Below are positions 20,592 to 33,901 of a stretch of 64,000 nucleotides of DNA, one piece after another (the stretch's first letter is position 1; every line of letters begins with the position of its first letter). Location: positions 20,204 through 84,203 of the forward strand of contig CALUWN010000003.1 of assembly GCA_944324495.1 (NCBI GenBank). The letters run 5' to 3'. Under the pieces are notes generated by a model, which had not been told where the DNA came from, searched no databases, and was given only the letters and a program-made list of their open reading frames with translations. The stretch comes from an uncultured Mucispirillum sp. GTDB taxonomy: Bacteria; Chrysiogenota; Deferribacteres; Deferribacterales; Mucispirillaceae. The position numbers and the translations under genes are program-made.

Positions 20592-20598
20592 GTGAGAT

Positions 20599-21966
20599 AT
20601 GAAAAAAAATTTAGATGCTTCATGGGATACTATACTCTCTGATATTAAAGAGAAATTAAATGATGCTGAATTTTATAAATGGATAAAAGATTTAAAAATC
20701 TTAACATTTGAATCAAATATCATCACGTTAAAAGCTGATAACAAGTTTATTAAAAGCTGGGTGGAAGATAAATACCTTACAAAATTAAAATCTGCTTTAA
20801 AAGAATTTTATCACTTAGAATGTGATATAAAAATAGTATTATCAGATATTACTCATCAAAAGAAAGCACCAGTACAGGGAAACAGCCAAATTGAAATTAC
20901 AAAAGATGATACAGATGTTGATTATTACAGCGTTCAGCTTAATAAAGACTATACATTTAATACATTTGTTGCTGGTAAATCTAACCAGTTTGCTTTTTCT
21001 GTTTGCAAAAGTGCTGCTGAAGGCTTTGATAAATTAAATAACCCTATATATATTTATGGTGATGTGGGGCTTGGTAAAACTCACCTTATGCATGCAGTAG
21101 GTAACCAAATACGGCTAAATTTTCCTAAAAAAAGAGTGTTTTGTATTACAGGGCAGCTTTATAAAGATGAATTTCTTACTTCTCTTAAAAAAATGCAAAT
21201 GGATAGCTTTAAGGAAAAATACAGCGCCATAGATGTACTTCTTTTTGATGATGTAGAAAAGATAGTTGGTGGTGCTGGCTCTACTATGGAAGAGTTTTTC
21301 TTTCTTTTTAGCAAGCTCTACAGCGATGAAAAACAGATAATTATTACATCTAACGCACTGCCTGAAGAAAGTATAGGTATGGATAAAAGGCTTAAAAGCC
21401 GTTTTGCTGGCGGTTTAATAGCCCATATAGGTGTTCCTTCAGTTGATGAAAAAGTAACTATTTTAAAAAGTTTTACTACCCAGTATGGTAGAACTATGTC
21501 TGATGAAATATTATATTATCTTGCTGAAAATATAAAATCAGACAGCACACGTGATTTAATCGGTGCTGCTAACTCTGCCTTTGTGCAGTCTAAATTTCAT
21601 AATGTAGAGTTAACTATTGAGTTTTTACAAAACAATATATCATCACTGCTTATAAAAAGAGATAAAACATTAACTCCGCAGGATATAATTGATATAATAT
21701 CAGAATATTTTAGAATAAAGCTAGTTGATTTAAAATCACCAAGCCGTTCAAAAAATATTGTAATACCTAGAAACTTAGCAATATACCTAATATATAAAAA
21801 TACGCCATCCTCACTGAAAGGAATAGGTGAAATATTTAACAGAGACCACTCTACTATTAAAAACTCTATATCAAAAATAGAGCAGGATATTGAAAACAAC
21901 GATTTATATACAGTTAATACACTAAATGAACTAAGTAAAAAAATGAAAATATTTTCTGCTAAATAG
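20599..21966 (+). CDS. dnaA: chromosomal replication initiator DnaA
   Basis: AAA+ Walker A GDVGLGKTHL, Walker B LLFDDVE, and a domain IV DNA-binding region (IGEIFNRDHSTIKNSI). Confidence 0.95.
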   Translation: MKKNLDASWDTILSDIKEKLNDAEFYKWIKDLKILTFESNIITLKADNKFIKSWVEDKYLTKLKSALKEFYHLECDIKIVLSDITHQKKAPVQGNSQIEITKDDTDVDYYSVQLNKDYTFNTFVAGKSNQFAFSVCKSAAEGFDKLNNPIYIYGDVGLGKTHLMHAVGNQIRLNFPKKRVFCITGQLYKDEFLTSLKKMQMDSFKEKYSAIDVLLFDDVEKIVGGAGSTMEEFFFLFSKLYSDEKQIIITSNALPEESIGMDKRLKSRFAGGLIAHIGVPSVDEKVTILKSFTTQYGRTMSDEILYYLAENIKSDSTRDLIGAANSAFVQSKFHNVELTIEFLQNNISSLLIKRDKTLTPQDIIDIISEYFRIKLVDLKSPSRSKNIVIPRNLAIYLIYKNTPSSLKGIGEIFNRDHSTIKNSISKIEQDIENNDLYTVNTLNELSKKMKIFSAK

Positions 21967-22283
21967 TTACTAACAAGTTTTCCACACTAATTTAGCATAG
22001 TATAACAATAAAATATGAAGTTTTAAAACTTATCCACAAAGAAAGTTTTCCAAAGCATATTTTATAAACATAATATTTGAAAGAAAATAATAAGTTTTTT
22101 AATAAATAACTTGAAATTTTTTTAATAATTTTTTAAAATTAAAGAAAGTTATAACATTTTATTATTGATAAATTTCATTATAAAATATATACTTTTTGGG
22201 TTATTGATGAGTTTTCCACACAATAACTACTACTATTACTTAATATATATAAGAGATAACTTATATAAACATATGAGGGAAAG
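21967..22283 (+). other. oriC (dnaA-dnaN intergenic origin)
   Basis: Four same-orientation DnaA boxes: TTTTCCACA 21978-21986, perfect TTATCCACA 22030-22038, TTTTCCAAA 22046-22054, TTTTCCACA 22212-22220. They flank a very AT-rich stretch of about 150 bp (about 22060-22205). Confidence 0.8.
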
Positions 22284-23393
22284 ATGCAATTTAAAGTTCT
22301 TAAAGAAGAAATATTAAAATACTTACAATATGCTAATAGTTTTACAAATCCAAAAAGCTTAAATGATATACTTCAAAACATATATATTGAAGTTGAAAAT
22401 AATACAGTAACAATAAAAGCTACTAACTATCAAATGGGTTTTTCTTGTAATTTTCAACCTAATGAAGTAGAAAAAGAAGGCAGGGTTACTGTAAGCTGTA
22501 GAAAACTTTTAGATATTATTAAAGAACTTCCAGACGGAGCTTTAATTGATTTTATTTACGATGATACAAGATTAAATGTTATATCTGGTAAATCTAAATT
22601 TAAACTATCAACTCTATCTTCTGAAAACTTCCCTTCTATTAGTGATATTGTACCAGAATATATTATTAAAATAGATGCAGCTAACTTTTTAAACTTAATG
22701 AAAAGAACATATTTCTGTATATCAAATGATTCTACTAAAATAGAATATACAGGTGCTCAAATAAAAATTAATAGGGATGTTGTAGAAACTTTTGCTACAG
22801 GTATGCAGAGAATAGCTATTGCTTCTACTACTATTGACCCAGAATATTCTAATGACTTTATTATAAATATTCCAAAGAAAACTATTGCTGAGCTTTTAAG
22901 AATATTTGAAAGCAAAGGTGAAATAGAAATACATACAGATAGAAGGCAAATTTCTTTTAAATATGAAAATATTATTATATATTCAAAATTAATTGAAAAG
23001 TTTATAAAAAACATAGAAAAACTTTTTAACAGCGAATACCCAATAAAAGCTAAGCTTGATAGAAAATCATTTATTGATGCTTCTAAACGTGTTTCTGCCA
23101 TTACAAGTGATGAAACACCGGGTATTATACTTAATTTTGAAAATTCATCACTAAAAATATCATCTTTAGAAACAATATATGGTGAAGGCTCTGAAACTAT
23201 TGATGTAATAGATTATAACTCTGAACCTTTTGAAATCATATTAAATGCAAAACATTTAAATGAAATACTTAATAATATTGATACTGAAGAATTTACATTA
23301 GAAATGGCTGACAGGCGTTCACCTGTGCTTGTTACACCTACTGATACTAATTACAGATATTTAGTAGTACCTATATCTATTGATAAACTATAA
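22284..23393 (+). CDS. dnaN: DNA polymerase III beta sliding clamp
   Basis: 369 aa with beta-clamp-like three-domain length. Canonical position between dnaA/oriC and recF. The C-terminus YRYLVVPISI is typical. Confidence 0.9.
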   Translation: MQFKVLKEEILKYLQYANSFTNPKSLNDILQNIYIEVENNTVTIKATNYQMGFSCNFQPNEVEKEGRVTVSCRKLLDIIKELPDGALIDFIYDDTRLNVISGKSKFKLSTLSSENFPSISDIVPEYIIKIDAANFLNLMKRTYFCISNDSTKIEYTGAQIKINRDVVETFATGMQRIAIASTTIDPEYSNDFIINIPKKTIAELLRIFESKGEIEIHTDRRQISFKYENIIIYSKLIEKFIKNIEKLFNSEYPIKAKLDRKSFIDASKRVSAITSDETPGIILNFENSSLKISSLETIYGEGSETIDVIDYNSEPFEIILNAKHLNEILNNIDTEEFTLEMADRRSPVLVTPTDTNYRYLVVPISIDKL

Positions 23394-26787
<3,394 letters not shown>

Positions 26788-26799
26788 TGGTGGATATAG

Positions 26800-29274
26800 A
26801 TGAGTGATATAATTAATAAAAATATTCAAGATGTATCAATAGAAGATACGCTTAAAAACAGTTATTTAGACTATGCCATGAGCGTTATTGCAGGAAGGGC
26901 GCTGCCTGATGTTAGGGACGGTTTAAAACCAGTTCACAGGCGTGTGCTTTTTACAATGAACGAAATGGGTGTGCAGTATAATAAACCTAACAAAAAATCT
27001 GCTCGTATTGTTGGGGATACTATGGGTAAACTTCACCCACATGGTGATAGTGCAATCTATGATGCTTTAGTTCGTTTGGCTCAAGATTTTTCTATGAGAT
27101 ATCCTCTTGTTATTGGTCAAGGTAACTTTGGCTCTATAGATGGGGACAGTGCTGCTGCTTCCCGTTATACAGAAGCTAGGATGGCTCGCATTAGTGATGA
27201 GCTTATGGCAGATATTGACTGTAACACAGTAGATTTTATGCCAAACTACGACGGCTCTATGACAGAACCTACTGTTTTTCCTACAAAAATACCTAACCTT
27301 TTAATAAATGGTATTTCTGGTATTGCTGTTGGTATGGCAACAAATATTCCACCACATAACTTAACAGAAGTTATGGACGGCCTTTTATATATGATAGATG
27401 AAGAAAACTACACAGAAGATGGTTTATTTAATATTATTAAAGGCCCAGATTTTCCTACAAGCGGTATTATTATGGGAAAAGGGGATATTATAAATGCTTA
27501 TAAAACAGGCAGAGCAAGTATCCGTATTAGAGCAAGAGCTGAAATTGTAGAAATTAAAGGCGGTAAAGAGCAGATTGTTATTACTGAAATCCCATACCAA
27601 GTAAATAAATCTGTACTTGTTGAAAAAATTGCAGAGCTTGTTAATGAAAAGAAAATACCGGGCATTACTGATATTAGAGATGTATCCAGCATGAAAGGTA
27701 TAAAAATATTAATAGATGTTAAAAAAGGCGAATCTGCTGAAGTTATATTAAACAGGTTATATAAGTTTACTGCATTAGAATCATCTTTTGGTTTTAATAT
27801 GGTTGCTCTTGTTGGCGGCAGACCGCAAATATTATCTTTAGAAAATATATTAACTGAATTTTTAAATCACAGAATAGAAGTTGTAACAAGAAGAACTCGT
27901 TATAAACTTATGAAAGCTGAAGAAAGAATGCATATTGTTGAAGGTTTAAGAATAGCCGTTAATAATATTGATGAAGTAGTTAAAATTATTAAAGAATCAA
28001 AAGATACTCCAACTGCTAAAAAAGCATTAATGGATAGGTTTGATTTATCAGATATCCAATCTCAAGCTATTTTAGATATGCGTCTTGCTAAAATCACAGG
28101 TTTAGAGATTGATAAATTAAACGAAGAATATGAACAGCTTAAAAAAGATATAGAATATTATAATTCTATACTTAACTCTAAATCTAAACTTATGAGCGTT
28201 ATTAGAGAAGAAATAGTTGATATTAAAAATAGGTACGGCGATGAAAGAAAAACAGAAATTGCTGACAGCATTGATGATATTGACTATGAAGATTTAATAC
28301 CAAACGATGAAATGGTTGTTACAATCACTCATAATGGCTACATTAAAAGAACTTTACTTAATAACTTTACAGCTCAAAAAAGAGGCGGTAAAGGTAAAAT
28401 CGGTGCTGCTAATAAAAGCGAAGATTTTGTGGAAGAAATAATATATACCACAAATAAAAGCCACCTTTTTATATTTACTACAAAAGGTAAAGTACACTTT
28501 TTAAAAGTTTACCAAATACCAGAGCAGTCAAGAGATTCTAAAGGCAGACATATTTCAAACCTTTTAACTTTAGATGAAAATGAAAAAATTGCATCATTTT
28601 TAACACTGCCAGAAAAAGATGAAACAAAATCTATTTTCTTTGCTACTAAATATGGTGTTGTAAAAAGAGTTAAAACTGTAGAATTTAAAAGTGGTAGAAG
28701 TGGTATTATTGCACTTAATTTAAGAGATAATGATGAAATAGTAACAACTCTTTTAACAGGTGATGATGATAAAGTATTCCTTGCAACAAGGGACGGTAAA
28801 ACTATTCAGTTTAGCGTAGAAGATGTACGCCCTATGGGTAGAACTGCTACAGGTGTAAGAGGTATTATGCTTGAAAGAGATGATGTGGTTGTTTCTGCTG
28901 AAGTTGTTGAAGAAGCAAGGCCTCTTTTAGCTGTTACTTCACTTGGTTATGGAAAAGGAACTGATAAAGATGAATACAGGCTGCAATCTCGTGGTGGTAA
29001 AGGTTTAAAATTAATGAAACTTACTTCTAAAACAGGGCTTGTAGTTGGTGTAAGGCAGATAGCTCCAGAAGAAGATGATATTATGCTTATTACTAAAAAC
29101 GGTAAAACTATAAGAATTTCTGCTTCTGAAGTATCAGTTATTGGTAGAAATACTCAAGGTACAAGATTAATGAATACATCAGGCGATGAAATTATTTCAT
29201 TTACTGTTGTACCAAAAGATGACAGCGAAAATGAAGAAGAAATTCAGGGGGAAGATAATGGCAGTAATTCTTGA
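26800..29274 (+). CDS. gyrA: DNA gyrase subunit A
   Basis: QRDR HPHGDSAIYDALVR, active-site AASRYTEARM, and a C-terminal beta-pinwheel repeat region. Confidence 0.97.
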   Translation: MSDIINKNIQDVSIEDTLKNSYLDYAMSVIAGRALPDVRDGLKPVHRRVLFTMNEMGVQYNKPNKKSARIVGDTMGKLHPHGDSAIYDALVRLAQDFSMRYPLVIGQGNFGSIDGDSAAASRYTEARMARISDELMADIDCNTVDFMPNYDGSMTEPTVFPTKIPNLLINGISGIAVGMATNIPPHNLTEVMDGLLYMIDEENYTEDGLFNIIKGPDFPTSGIIMGKGDIINAYKTGRASIRIRARAEIVEIKGGKEQIVITEIPYQVNKSVLVEKIAELVNEKKIPGITDIRDVSSMKGIKILIDVKKGESAEVILNRLYKFTALESSFGFNMVALVGGRPQILSLENILTEFLNHRIEVVTRRTRYKLMKAEERMHIVEGLRIAVNNIDEVVKIIKESKDTPTAKKALMDRFDLSDIQSQAILDMRLAKITGLEIDKLNEEYEQLKKDIEYYNSILNSKSKLMSVIREEIVDIKNRYGDERKTEIADSIDDIDYEDLIPNDEMVVTITHNGYIKRTLLNNFTAQKRGGKGKIGAANKSEDFVEEIIYTTNKSHLFIFTTKGKVHFLKVYQIPEQSRDSKGRHISNLLTLDENEKIASFLTLPEKDETKSIFFATKYGVVKRVKTVEFKSGRSGIIALNLRDNDEIVTTLLTGDDDKVFLATRDGKTIQFSVEDVRPMGRTATGVRGIMLERDDVVVSAEVVEEARPLLAVTSLGYGKGTDKDEYRLQSRGGKGLKLMKLTSKTGLVVGVRQIAPEEDDIMLITKNGKTIRISASEVSVIGRNTQGTRLMNTSGDEIISFTVVPKDDSENEEEIQGEDNGSNS

Positions 29275-30109
29275 TGGTAAAGCGTTATCAGCTAAATTTA
29301 GGCAAAATATAAAAGAAGAAACAGCAGCTTTAAAAGAAAAAACAGGCAAAGCTCCGGGGATTGCTGTTATTTTAGCAGGTGATGATGCTGCAAGCTCAGT
29401 TTATGTTAATTCTAAAGAAAAAGCAGCTATAGAGTGCGGGTTTTACTCTGTTGTAGAAAGAATTAGTGCTGATGTTACTACTAACGATGTATTAAAACTT
29501 GTGGAAAAATATAATAATGATGAAAAAATCCACGGTATATTAGTGCAGCTTCCACTGCCTTCTGCCTGCGATGAAAAAACAATTTTACGTGCTATAAGGG
29601 CAGAAAAAGATGTGGATGGTTTTCATCCATATAATGTTGGGCTATTAAATATCGGTGAGGACTGCCTTATGCCTTGCACTCCTTTTGGTGTTATGAATAT
29701 GATGGCAGATTATGGTATTGAAATAGCTGGCAAAAACGCTGTAGTTGTTGGCAGAAGTAATATTGTTGGTAAACCAATTGCTGCTATGCTTTTAAAAGCT
29801 AATGCTACTGTTACAGTTTGCCATTCTAAAACAAAAGATTTAAGCGGTGTTTGTGCTAATGCTGATATTTTAGTTGCTGCTATTGGTAAAGCTAAGTTTA
29901 TTAAAAAAGAATTTGTTAAAGATGGTGCTGTTGTAATAGATGTTGGTATTAATAGAGTTGACGGCAAACTCTGTGGTGATGTGGATTTTGAAGATGTAAA
30001 AGATAAATGCTCATACATTACCCCAGTTCCCGGTGGTGTTGGCCCTATGACTATTACTACATTAATGCAAAATACATTAAAAGCATTTAAAGTTATAGAG
30101 AAATTATAA
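29258..30109 (+). CDS. folD: bifunctional methylenetetrahydrofolate dehydrogenase/cyclohydrolase
   Basis: MAVILDGKALS N-terminus, VQLPLP, VVGRSNIVGKP, PVPGGVGPMT. ATG 29258 overlaps the gyrA end by 17 nt. Confidence 0.93.
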   Translation: MAVILDGKALSAKFRQNIKEETAALKEKTGKAPGIAVILAGDDAASSVYVNSKEKAAIECGFYSVVERISADVTTNDVLKLVEKYNNDEKIHGILVQLPLPSACDEKTILRAIRAEKDVDGFHPYNVGLLNIGEDCLMPCTPFGVMNMMADYGIEIAGKNAVVVGRSNIVGKPIAAMLLKANATVTVCHSKTKDLSGVCANADILVAAIGKAKFIKKEFVKDGAVVIDVGINRVDGKLCGDVDFEDVKDKCSYITPVPGGVGPMTITTLMQNTLKAFKVIEKL

Positions 30110-30110
30110 T

Positions 30111-31463
30111 ATGATTAATGACACTATTGCTGCCCCTATTACGCCGCTTGTAGTAAGCCCTGTTATTAGTATTAGAATATCAGGAAGTGATGCATTGAAA
30201 GTTTTTTCTTTAATGGAAAAGGGCGGCTCTAGTGTTGATATTGCAAATATTAAACCTAATTATGTATCATTATATAAATTTAACATAAAAGATGAAGATT
30301 TATATGATGATGTGCTGGCAGTTTATTTTAAAGCACCCCATTCTTTTACAGGGGAAGATGTGGTTGAGATTTCTTTTCATGGAAACCCTGTTTTAGTAAA
30401 TGCTGCTTTATCTAGCATTTATAAGCTAGGCATTAGAAATGCAGAAGGCGGCGAATTTTCTAAACGTGCTTTTTTAAATGGTAAAATAGATTTAACTCAA
30501 GCAGAATCTATTCAAGAATTAATCTCTGCAAAATCAATTGACGGCGTTCATTCTGCTTATAACCAGCTTCATGGAAGCCTTAAAAATAACCTTGATTTTA
30601 TAAAAGATAAGCTTTTATCTATGAAAGCTATTATGGAAGCTAAAATTGATTTTCCAGATGAAGATACTCTTGATTCTGAAAGTGAAGTATTAAAAGAAAA
30701 CAGCTTAGAAGTTATTAAAAATATTGATAATCTCCTTGAAAGTTATAAAAGTTATAGAATGCATAATAAGGGGATAGATATTGTTATTGCAGGCAAACCA
30801 AATGTTGGTAAATCATCCCTTTTAAATGCACTTTTAAAAGAAGAAAGGGCAATAGTTTCTGATATTGCAGGAACTACAAGAGATTTTATTAAGGAAAACT
30901 TATATATTGGCGGTATTCCTGTACATATTACTGATACTGCAGGAATTCACTCATCTTCAGAATATGTGGAAAAAATAGGCATAGATAAAAGTATAGAAAA
31001 AATAAATAACTCAGATATTGTATTTTTAATACTTGATATTTCAAAGCCAATAACTAGCGAAGATAAATATCTACTTGATATTACATCAAAAAGTAATAGA
31101 ATTATAATTGGTAATAAAATAGATATAGGAAGTGCTGAAAATTTTAGTGAGGCAGATATTTATATATCAGCTAAAAATAATGAAAATATGGATAAGTTTG
31201 TAGAACTTATTAAATCTTGCGTAAGCATTTCTAATAATGATATAAAAACTTCTGCCACAGCCTTAACCCAAAGGCATTATACTCTGCTTTTAGAAGTAAG
31301 GCAGATAATAGAAAAAATATCATCATCAATATATATCTACCCTATTGATATGCTCTGTATTGATTTAGAAAGGGCCATTAATCTAATTTCAGAAATAACA
31401 GGGGATAACTATACTGAAAAAGTACTAGATATTGTATTTTCATCATTTTGCATTGGTAAATAA
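30111..31463 (+). CDS. mnmE: tRNA modification GTPase MnmE
   Basis: N-terminal folate-binding domain (SFTGEDVVEISFHGNP), G-domain GKPNVGKSSLLN and DTAG, C-terminal FCIGK motif. Confidence 0.93.
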   Translation: MINDTIAAPITPLVVSPVISIRISGSDALKVFSLMEKGGSSVDIANIKPNYVSLYKFNIKDEDLYDDVLAVYFKAPHSFTGEDVVEISFHGNPVLVNAALSSIYKLGIRNAEGGEFSKRAFLNGKIDLTQAESIQELISAKSIDGVHSAYNQLHGSLKNNLDFIKDKLLSMKAIMEAKIDFPDEDTLDSESEVLKENSLEVIKNIDNLLESYKSYRMHNKGIDIVIAGKPNVGKSSLLNALLKEERAIVSDIAGTTRDFIKENLYIGGIPVHITDTAGIHSSSEYVEKIGIDKSIEKINNSDIVFLILDISKPITSEDKYLLDITSKSNRIIIGNKIDIGSAENFSEADIYISAKNNENMDKFVELIKSCVSISNNDIKTSATALTQRHYTLLLEVRQIIEKISSSIYIYPIDMLCIDLERAINLISEITGDNYTEKVLDIVFSSFCIGK

Positions 31464-31532
31464 TAACTTGTTTTAATTTATTTTTATTAGTATATTTAAT
31501 ATATGTAGTAAATATAATTTTAGGTTATTACT

Positions 31533-33893
31533 ATGAAAAGATTTCTTATAATATTTATACTATTAGTACCTTTTATCACTTATGCCCAAAACAACGGTGA
31601 TTACTGTAAAAATTCTAATCAAACGATTCAAAATTTAATTAACTCTAATGATTATGATGAAATTTATTATTTTTTAAATGACTATTATATAGATTACCAT
31701 AATAAATGTGGCAATACTGATAATTTGAAATCGTTAATTGATAAATATATTTTATTAACAGCTAGTGATTCTAATACTGTTTCTCCTAAGGATAATCTTA
31801 AACTTTCAAAAAATATAAGACCAATTTTGAAAGATGATAAATATAATTATCTAAAAAAAAATATTATAATGGATATTGTTAAAAATAAGAAATCTGAATT
31901 GTATCATTATCAATACTCAAGTATTGATGATGATACTTTGGGACATTATAACAATGAGTTAAAAGATTTAGATGAAAAATTTATAAGCTACTATAAAATT
32001 GATAAAACTAAATTTTGTGGTATTGATGGCGAAGGTTTTTCAATATGTTCTTATAAATATACTTATAATAAACCATTAAAATTAAGTGGAACTCTTACAG
32101 TCTCTAATTTATATAATCAAGACAATACAAACGCTCCGAATTACTTTAAAACATCATTTAAAGCTAATAATTTAGATATTGATTTTAGTAAATTTTTTAT
32201 TGTTCCCATAAGCTATAAACTTAATACTAAAATACCTAAAAATTATCTTCAAACAGGTGCAGTTGGAGAGATAACTTTTAATGTTGATTTTATATTAGAT
32301 AAAGATAGTATTATTAAAATAGGAAAGTCAACAGTAGGAGATATTGTATCAATATATGTAAAAGACTTAAATATTAATAGTGTAAAAAACATTAAGTATT
32401 ATGATGAAACTGATATAGAAAGTTATGCTTTTTCAGATGTTATAGAAACAAATGAACTTACTGCAAAAGATAGTTATACAAATTTAAGAGATAAACCTAA
32501 TGGTAAAATTGTTTACCAAATCAATCATAATGATTCATCTGGTGATAAAGTTTATTTTTATGAAGGATATAAAGAACCGGGTATAGATGGTTACAGGCTT
32601 GGAGAAGGTTATCCACCATCTAGATATTTATATAATTATTATAAAATATTAGGTTTTTCAAAACCTATATCTAATAACTGGTTTTTTGTAACATATTTTC
32701 CTAAAAACAGTACAAAACCAGTATTTGGTTATATCTATTCATCAGAGATAAATCATGATGCTGATTATTCTAATATTGTTGAATGGGTTAATAATTTTGA
32801 AAATATTAATACTCTATCTTATAAAGAGATATTTGATATATTATATGATTTTATAGGTGAAGATGTTTATATTAAGCGTTTAAATTATGTAAAAAATCAA
32901 AAACTACAAATTCTTGTAGATAGATATGTATCGTTTTTGCTTAGTGATAATTTTATTATGAGAGATGATGTTTCCTTTGATGTATACTTTATCAATAGTT
33001 TATATTATTATGTTAGTGATGATAATTATTATAAAATAATTAATAAATATTTAAAAGATTTTGTCATATATGATAAATTATATGATGATACTCTTATTTC
33101 ATCTTGTAATAATACTTTAAAAAGTAGTTTATCATCAAAAAATTTCTCTAATTTTAAACTTGATATTTCACAAAGTGCTTTTATGCATAGTAATGACAAT
33201 GATTTATTTATTAATAATTTTTATGGTATATATGATGCCAATAAGTTTATTAAAGATGCAAAAATTGGTAGTTGTAATTATAGATATACTTCATCTACTC
33301 CATTTACTATACAAGGTAAAATCCTAGTTGATTCAAAATCTGGTAATTTGACTTTTAGTTTTAATGATTTTTTAAGTAAAGATATTAATGTTTATCCGCT
33401 AAATTATAATGTTAATAATTCTATTTACTCTAATTTGTTAAATAAAGGATATTTAGGTAAAGTTTCTTATGATGTAGAAGTTACTCTTTCACAAAATACA
33501 ATATTTATAGTTGGTTTTGATACTCATAATTTGTTTGTAGATAATATCCAAATAAAAGGTGCTAAAGATATTACTTATTATAATAAGGAAGCCTATAAAC
33601 CTAGTGATAATGAAAATGTTTCAATTAGTTATTATAATATATCATCTAAAAATGGTTCTACTGCATTGTTTGACTTCCCTAATGGTAAGGTAATTACTAA
33701 TATAAAAAATGGCAGTGTAGTATATTCAGTTAATTTTGATATTGATATTGTATGGGATAATATTATGGACTACAATAATAATAGTTCAGATAAATATACT
33801 AAAGTAATCTATTTTCCAGATGGAGTAATTTATGGCAGTAAAGCAATATCTGGCTATATTTATTCATCACATCTTAAAAAAATTAGTGAATAG
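31533..33893 (+). CDS. large secreted protein with an internal two-fold duplication
   Basis: Signal peptide MKRFLIIFILLVPFITYA. The two halves share ordered motifs: C-x-Y-+-Y-T, G-x-x-G-+-(I/V)-x-(F/Y)-x-V-(D/E)..., I-(K/T)-YY-(D/N), PNGK(I/V), and YFP...GYIYSS. Confidence 0.5.
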   Translation: MKRFLIIFILLVPFITYAQNNGDYCKNSNQTIQNLINSNDYDEIYYFLNDYYIDYHNKCGNTDNLKSLIDKYILLTASDSNTVSPKDNLKLSKNIRPILKDDKYNYLKKNIIMDIVKNKKSELYHYQYSSIDDDTLGHYNNELKDLDEKFISYYKIDKTKFCGIDGEGFSICSYKYTYNKPLKLSGTLTVSNLYNQDNTNAPNYFKTSFKANNLDIDFSKFFIVPISYKLNTKIPKNYLQTGAVGEITFNVDFILDKDSIIKIGKSTVGDIVSIYVKDLNINSVKNIKYYDETDIESYAFSDVIETNELTAKDSYTNLRDKPNGKIVYQINHNDSSGDKVYFYEGYKEPGIDGYRLGEGYPPSRYLYNYYKILGFSKPISNNWFFVTYFPKNSTKPVFGYIYSSEINHDADYSNIVEWVNNFENINTLSYKEIFDILYDFIGEDVYIKRLNYVKNQKLQILVDRYVSFLLSDNFIMRDDVSFDVYFINSLYYYVSDDNYYKIINKYLKDFVIYDKLYDDTLISSCNNTLKSSLSSKNFSNFKLDISQSAFMHSNDNDLFINNFYGIYDANKFIKDAKIGSCNYRYTSSTPFTIQGKILVDSKSGNLTFSFNDFLSKDINVYPLNYNVNNSIYSNLLNKGYLGKVSYDVEVTLSQNTIFIVGFDTHNLFVDNIQIKGAKDITYYNKEAYKPSDNENVSISYYNISSKNGSTALFDFPNGKVITNIKNGSVVYSVNFDIDIVWDNIMDYNNNSSDKYTKVIYFPDGVIYGSKAISGYIYSSHLKKISE

Positions 33894-33901
33894 TATTTCA
33901 T

